This document shows positions 59,716 to 64,000 of a stretch of DNA of 64,000 bases, in pieces; the stretch's first letter is position 1; each line of letters opens with the position of its first letter. The stretch is taken from NCBI GenBank assembly GCA_021399345.1, contig JAAFKI010000010.1, forward strand, positions 1 to 64,000, written 5' to 3'. The notes below the pieces were generated by a model that saw only the letters and a program-made list of their open reading frames with translations, was not told where the DNA came from and did not search any database. A program made the position numbers and the translations under genes. The stretch comes from Candidatus Heimdallarchaeota archaeon. Its GTDB lineage: Archaea > Asgardarchaeota > Heimdallarchaeia > Heimdallarchaeales > Heimdallarchaeaceae.

Positions 59716-60360
59716 GTGAAAACTATGGTGTTAAAGGGTTTATATTTAGTTCAAAGGAAGGATATTGAAAAAGCTACTATGGTCTTAACGAGAGCCTTTC
59801 AGGAGGATCCATTAGTCCGTTTAATTTACCCAAATTCTGAAGAAAGAATGAAATTTACTCCATTTTTGTGGAGATATCTGATAAAAGATGGACTAAAATG
59901 TGGAAAGGTTTATTCTCCAACTAACAAAATAGAAGGAGTTGCAAAATGGCTGCCTCCAGGAAAAGAACACATGGGCATCTGGAGATCAATTAGAAGTGGG
60001 GCACTTAGTATGGGTTGGGCGATGTCAAAACAGAAGGATGAAAGAAAACGATCTACAAGAGAAATTCAACAATTAACTGATATTATACTGAAGAAACACA
60101 AAGAAATAATGAAAGAGCCTCACTGGTATTTAGCGAATATCGGTGTTGACCCCAAATACCAAGGAAAAGGATATGGGAGCGCTCTGATTAAACCAATGCT
60201 AGAATATATAGAAAAAAAAGGATATCCTGTTTATTTAGAAACAAATTTTCAAGGGAATGTTGGCTTATATGAGCATTTAGGATTTGAAGTGATTGATGAA
60301 ATGAAAATTCCAGAAACTGAAATTATGAACTGGGGAATGATTAAAAAACCTAAACTATGA
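59716..60360 (+). CDS. GNAT N-acetyltransferase
   Basis: AFQEDP, HWYLANIGVDPKYQGKGYGS and YLET...NVGLYEHLGF motifs. Confidence 0.9.
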   Translation: MKTMVLKGLYLVQRKDIEKATMVLTRAFQEDPLVRLIYPNSEERMKFTPFLWRYLIKDGLKCGKVYSPTNKIEGVAKWLPPGKEHMGIWRSIRSGALSMGWAMSKQKDERKRSTREIQQLTDIILKKHKEIMKEPHWYLANIGVDPKYQGKGYGSALIKPMLEYIEKKGYPVYLETNFQGNVGLYEHLGFEVIDEMKIPETEIMNWGMIKKPKL

Positions 60361-60406
60361 TAACCTAATTAAATGCAGATTTTGTTTTATATCGCAATAG
60401 CATAAA

Positions 60407-60420
60407 GAAAACCTTAAAAG
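60407..60420 (+). promoter_or_regulatory. BRE/TATA promoter of tRNA-Trp
   Basis: GAAAACCTTAAAAG about 35 nt upstream of the mature tRNA. Confidence 0.45.
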
Positions 60421-60453
60421 ATTACGTGATGAGAAAACAACGAGCAATCGGTC

Positions 60454-60562
60454 GGGGACTTGGCTCAGTCCGGTAGAGTGGTTGGCTCCAGAGAACTTTA
60501 CTTCGGTAAAGAACCACGAAGAAACCAATTGGTCGGGTGTTCAAATCACCCAGTCCCCACCA
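60454..60562 (+). tRNA. tRNA-Trp(CCA) with 32-nt intron at 37/38 (60492-60523) and encoded CCA
   Basis: GGGGACT/AGTCCCC acceptor stem, GTTGG/CCAAT anticodon stem, GGGTG-TTCAAAT-CACCC T arm; intron hairpin CTTTAC-TTCG-GTAAAG. Confidence 0.93.
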
Positions 60563-60570
60563 TTACATTT

Positions 60571-62139
60571 CTATTTATCTGGCTTTAAACGTGCATTTCC
60601 TCCTAATATCTTGCGCTCGAGTATCATATCGCTTACTTGCAAAGCACCTAACATACAGCCAAAAATACCATGTGAAAAGAGAGGTTGAAATAACCCTTTA
60701 ATTGGTGTTCTCATTTTCAGTCGTGTTCTACCAAAATTATCAGAGAAAGGTGCCATTCCATATATAGATCCAGTTGGCGAGCCAGAGTAACGAGCATATG
60801 TTGCAGGTGTTGAAATGTCTTTTACTAGAATATGTTTTTTCAGATCAGGAATCAAATATTTTTCAACTAAATCAATGAAGAAATTAGATAATTTTTCCTT
60901 TTTCTTATTATATTCCTCTAGATTATTCTCTCGTAATTCCAGCCAATCACCTAGACCTACAGGTACAACACGGATAGTTATGTTTTGTTTTCCACCTGTT
61001 GTTAATGATGGACATATTACCCCCATATGAAATTGCTTTTCTGTAAAAGCCATGTTTCCCTTTTCATACTCTTCAAACAATTTAGAGAATGACTCGCCCC
61101 CTGTAGTAACAACATTATAACCACAATCCATCCCTAAACCTGCAAGATCGATCTCATCGTCTAAACCAAGTGCAATGTTCAATGAGGAAGGTGACATCTT
61201 TACTTGGTCAACTTTTTCTGCAAATTTTTCATCTAATTCACGTATTTTGTCTAATCCTACCATCTCTTTCATAGCCACTTTAGGGTCAATGGTAGTTATT
61301 ACGAAATCGGAATAAATTTTCTCTCCACCTTCCAATTGAACTCCTTTAACTTCACCATTTTCAACTAGAATCTTCTCAACTTTAGTTTTGAGAAGTAGTT
61401 CACCACCTAACTCTTTGTATCGTTTTTCAAATTGCCTAGCTAATTCAATGAAGCCTTTTGTTGGTCTGTAGGCATTATCTAGCACCGAATTCATAGCTCC
61501 AAGAGTCATAAGTGTTGCACATCTATCCCCAGGTAATCCACTAAAAGCTGCAAAGGCATCAAAAATCTCAATTACTTCAGGATTGGATATACCAAATTGA
61601 TCAAAGTAGTCTTTGAAAGTTTTAGAACCATGTTTAACGATTTTTGGACACGAGACAATTGTCTTCAATAGCTCAATAAAACTAGGCTCTGTTTTTAGCT
61701 TAAATAGCTCTAGATACATAGCTCTTGAATGATCGAGGAAATTTTCTATTTCTTTTGCATTATCCGGATATTCATCCATCAGTTTCTTCTTAAAAACTTC
61801 CAATCCTGAAGGCAATTCAATCTTTGTTACTTCCTCAGTTTCAGGATTAACAAGGAAAATTCGTGTATAATATCCTTTGAATCTCTTAAGATCTACTTCT
61901 ATACCCAAAAGCTCATACATATCATTACAATTTGGAATAATTTGACTAGTGTCAAAGAGATATCCTTCACGTGTGTAGGAAGTTACAAACCCTCCTACTT
62001 TTGGTTCTTTTTCTATAATCAATACGGAATCTTTCTTTGTATCATGGAAGCGAGCCCAAGTAACAGCTGAAGTTAATCCTGTGATTCCTCCGCCTATAAC
62101 TATTAATCCCTTCTTCTCTTTTTTATCTATTTGACTCAT
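60571..62139 (-). CDS. FAD-dependent oxidoreductase, phytoene desaturase/CrtISO/RetSat-like
   Basis: GGGITG...EK...GG...GYLFD, STPATYARY...GSIYG and TPIKGLF motifs; likely ATG at 62139. Confidence 0.85.
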   Translation of the reverse strand: MSQIDKKEKKGLIVIGGGITGLTSAVTWARFHDTKKDSVLIIEKEPKVGGFVTSYTREGYLFDTSQIIPNCNDMYELLGIEVDLKRFKGYYTRIFLVNPETEEVTKIELPSGLEVFKKKLMDEYPDNAKEIENFLDHSRAMYLELFKLKTEPSFIELLKTIVSCPKIVKHGSKTFKDYFDQFGISNPEVIEIFDAFAAFSGLPGDRCATLMTLGAMNSVLDNAYRPTKGFIELARQFEKRYKELGGELLLKTKVEKILVENGEVKGVQLEGGEKIYSDFVITTIDPKVAMKEMVGLDKIRELDEKFAEKVDQVKMSPSSLNIALGLDDEIDLAGLGMDCGYNVVTTGGESFSKLFEEYEKGNMAFTEKQFHMGVICPSLTTGGKQNITIRVVPVGLGDWLELRENNLEEYNKKKEKLSNFFIDLVEKYLIPDLKKHILVKDISTPATYARYSGSPTGSIYGMAPFSDNFGRTRLKMRTPIKGLFQPLFSHGIFGCMLGALQVSDMILERKILGGNARLKPDK

Positions 62140-62251
62140 TTTTATTACCTTATAGTATCTTTGCATAATTAGTTAAATATAAAACATTCTAAAATTTGTG
62201 TGTGTGCAGAAGAAAGTAGAAGTAAATCTTCACTTATACTTTTTCTCTATC

Positions 62252-64000
62252 TCAAACTAGATTTCGCTTGAAAGATTGTGACCAACTTCGTTTGATCTTT
62301 TCTTTTTTGTCTACTGTTAAAACAAGATCATAACTAATATGAAAACTATCCTTATCGCTCTCAAGTTTGGCTTTGGTTATAGCTCTAGTATTTGATTTTT
62401 TTGTGCTTATCTGGATATCATGTTCATTTTTCAGTAATGCTTGAGCTGGATCTTTATTTGAAACAGTAAACGATGAACTTTCATCAAAAGCTAAGGAAAT
62501 TCCATCTTCAGACAAGCTACCTTCTTGGCTTAGACTGAATTGAAAAGTTGTTTTTGCATTTTGTAAGTCATGGAATATTTTAGATTTGGCTGGAGCATAA
62601 TTTATTTTGTAAACATCCATTGGCATTTCTATCTCTCCAAATAATGGTGCTTCCTCAGGATGACTTTCAGGTATAACAGGCAACGTTAAACAAGATCCAT
62701 ATTCCTCCCCCCACCATATTGTATTCTCTGCTGGGTAAGGTGATGGCCATATATTTGGAAAATCAGAGCTTGCTAAGGCGATTTTTATGACGTGTCCAGG
62801 ATGAAAGATCCAAGAAGTTGCATCAAGTTCAATATTTAATTTCACTTTATCTCCAGCTGTTAACTGTTTTGGTTCTGTATGTGAATCTCTGTGAGATAAG
62901 TTTAGTACTCCCCAAGTAATAATATCTGAACTTCCATCAGGTGCAACATCAAATAGTTTCACAATTAAATTCACTATCGGAACTGAAGATGAAAAGGTTA
63001 GCTCTAATAGGGGACGTCCCATTATATTCAGCCTTTTATTTAGGGTGTCTGAAGTATAAACTAAAGAATTCATCTCATCAAAATCCTGTTCTTCTTTTCC
63101 TCCTTTTGCAATATTGATGTGCCATGTTGGATTTCCCATGCCTACAGCTACATGGTAAGAGAATTCGTCGCTACCATTGCCTTTGACTTCTGTTTTCAAT
63201 TTTTGTTCAGATCCCAAGAAAAATTTCTTTTCACTCATGATGTCTAAAGGCCATTTCTTTAACTCCGTCCAATAACCAGATCCTCCTTTGAAATCAGGTC
63301 TTGTAAAACTAGATTCTCTCATAAATGCAGTGAAACTAGGTTCTTCAACCATACCTGTATCCTTATCTTTTAACCAATGATCAAACCATCGAACAATTTG
63401 TGGCATGTAGTTAATTGAAGGACCAGGATACCCCCAGTCTGGAAAAACATGACCCCATGGCCCCATTAATAACTTCTTAGGAACATTCAAATGTTCATAC
63501 ATTCTTAAAGCACTGTTCCGATAGAAATCCCTCCAAGCTCCTATAATTAGAACTGGACATACTATTGAACTGAAATCTGATCTTAATGATGCAGGTCTCC
63601 AGTAAGGCCCATCTGTTTGATTTTCCAACCAATTCAATTGATATGGTGTGTTACCTTTGAGATGCTCATCCCAAACTCTTTCATAATCTTCACCAATACT
63701 CTCTGCAGGTGGCAATGCATTCATAGAAACCATCATAGTTGCCCATCCAGCTAAATCAAAAAGAGAGCACAAAGCACCACCATCATAGTGAACATCATCT
63801 GTATAACGATTATCAGTAGCATAAAGAGGAATGATTGTTTTTAGATGTGGGGGCCGATGCATTGCAACTTGAACAGCTGTAAAACCAGCGTATGAAGTTC
63901 CTATCATTCCTACTTTTCCATTGCACCATGGTTGAGATGCTACCCATTCAACTGCATCATAACCATCTTCTTGTTCCTGCAATGGGTATTCATCAGTTAC
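62252..64000 (-). CDS. CocE/NonD family serine hydrolase (peptidase S15), 5'-truncated by window edge
   Basis: EWVASQPWCNGKVGMIGTSYAG and GPWGH motifs; PepX-C-like domain; frame open to the window end. Confidence 0.9.
   Translation of the reverse strand, partial: VTDEYPLQEQEDGYDAVEWVASQPWCNGKVGMIGTSYAGFTAVQVAMHRPPHLKTIIPLYATDNRYTDDVHYDGGALCSLFDLAGWATMMVSMNALPPAESIGEDYERVWDEHLKGNTPYQLNWLENQTDGPYWRPASLRSDFSSIVCPVLIIGAWRDFYRNSALRMYEHLNVPKKLLMGPWGHVFPDWGYPGPSINYMPQIVRWFDHWLKDKDTGMVEEPSFTAFMRESSFTRPDFKGGSGYWTELKKWPLDIMSEKKFFLGSEQKLKTEVKGNGSDEFSYHVAVGMGNPTWHINIAKGGKEEQDFDEMNSLVYTSDTLNKRLNIMGRPLLELTFSSSVPIVNLIVKLFDVAPDGSSDIITWGVLNLSHRDSHTEPKQLTAGDKVKLNIELDATSWIFHPGHVIKIALASSDFPNIWPSPYPAENTIWWGEEYGSCLTLPVIPESHPEEAPLFGEIEMPMDVYKINYAPAKSKIFHDLQNAKTTFQFSLSQEGSLSEDGISLAFDESSSFTVSNKDPAQALLKNEHDIQISTKKSNTRAITKAKLESDKDSFHISYDLVLTVDKKEKIKRSWSQSFKRNLV

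Noticed and set aside
60426-60432. Perfect box C (GTGATGA) upstream of tRNA-Trp
   Set aside because: It lies between the TATA box and the expected start site, and has no matching CTGA box D
60482-60688. 68-aa ORF
   Set aside because: It overlaps tRNA-Trp and is antisense to the oxidoreductase 3' end
552-61030. Numerous 60-140 aa antisense or out-of-frame ORFs in the track (e.g. 4392, 5092, 6928, 18340, 28235, 53584, 55290)
   Set aside because: They are shadows of well-supported genes and have no motifs
1-64000. CRISPR arrays, transposases, integrases, rRNA, defence systems
   Set aside because: No regularly spaced repeats, long GC-rich RNA genes or recognisable motifs were seen by eye

Overview
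AT-rich, gene-dense archaeal chromosomal segment, probably from an Asgard (Heimdallarchaeia-like) genome. That placement is an inference from archaeal information-processing genes (aCPSF1, aIF1A, aIF2-beta, Rio1, Dim2, NMD3, Nip7, EgsA, intron-containing tRNAs) occurring with a ribophorin-I homologue, a Yip1-like protein and bacterial-type MetK and MutS/MutL. All calls come from motif recognition by eye; no database search was run. The window holds about 57 CDS, including one RHH gene missing from the ORF track, and two intron-containing tRNAs: Arg-TCG and Trp-CCA. No CRISPR array, rRNA or transposase was seen. The most unusual region is 33.8-49.7 kb. There, a ribophorin-I homologue, an amino-sugar acetyltransferase and an archaeosortase lie next to two divergent operons. 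These operons mix glycosyltransferases (3x GT4, GT2, GT-C-like) and an ArnD-like deacylase with amine chemistry: a BpsA-like aminopropyltransferase, an atypical PLP decarboxylase and a YkgJ Cys-cluster protein. I hypothesise that this builds an amine-bearing glycolipid or glycan to which surface proteins are transpeptidated, analogous to GPI anchoring. This is untested inference.
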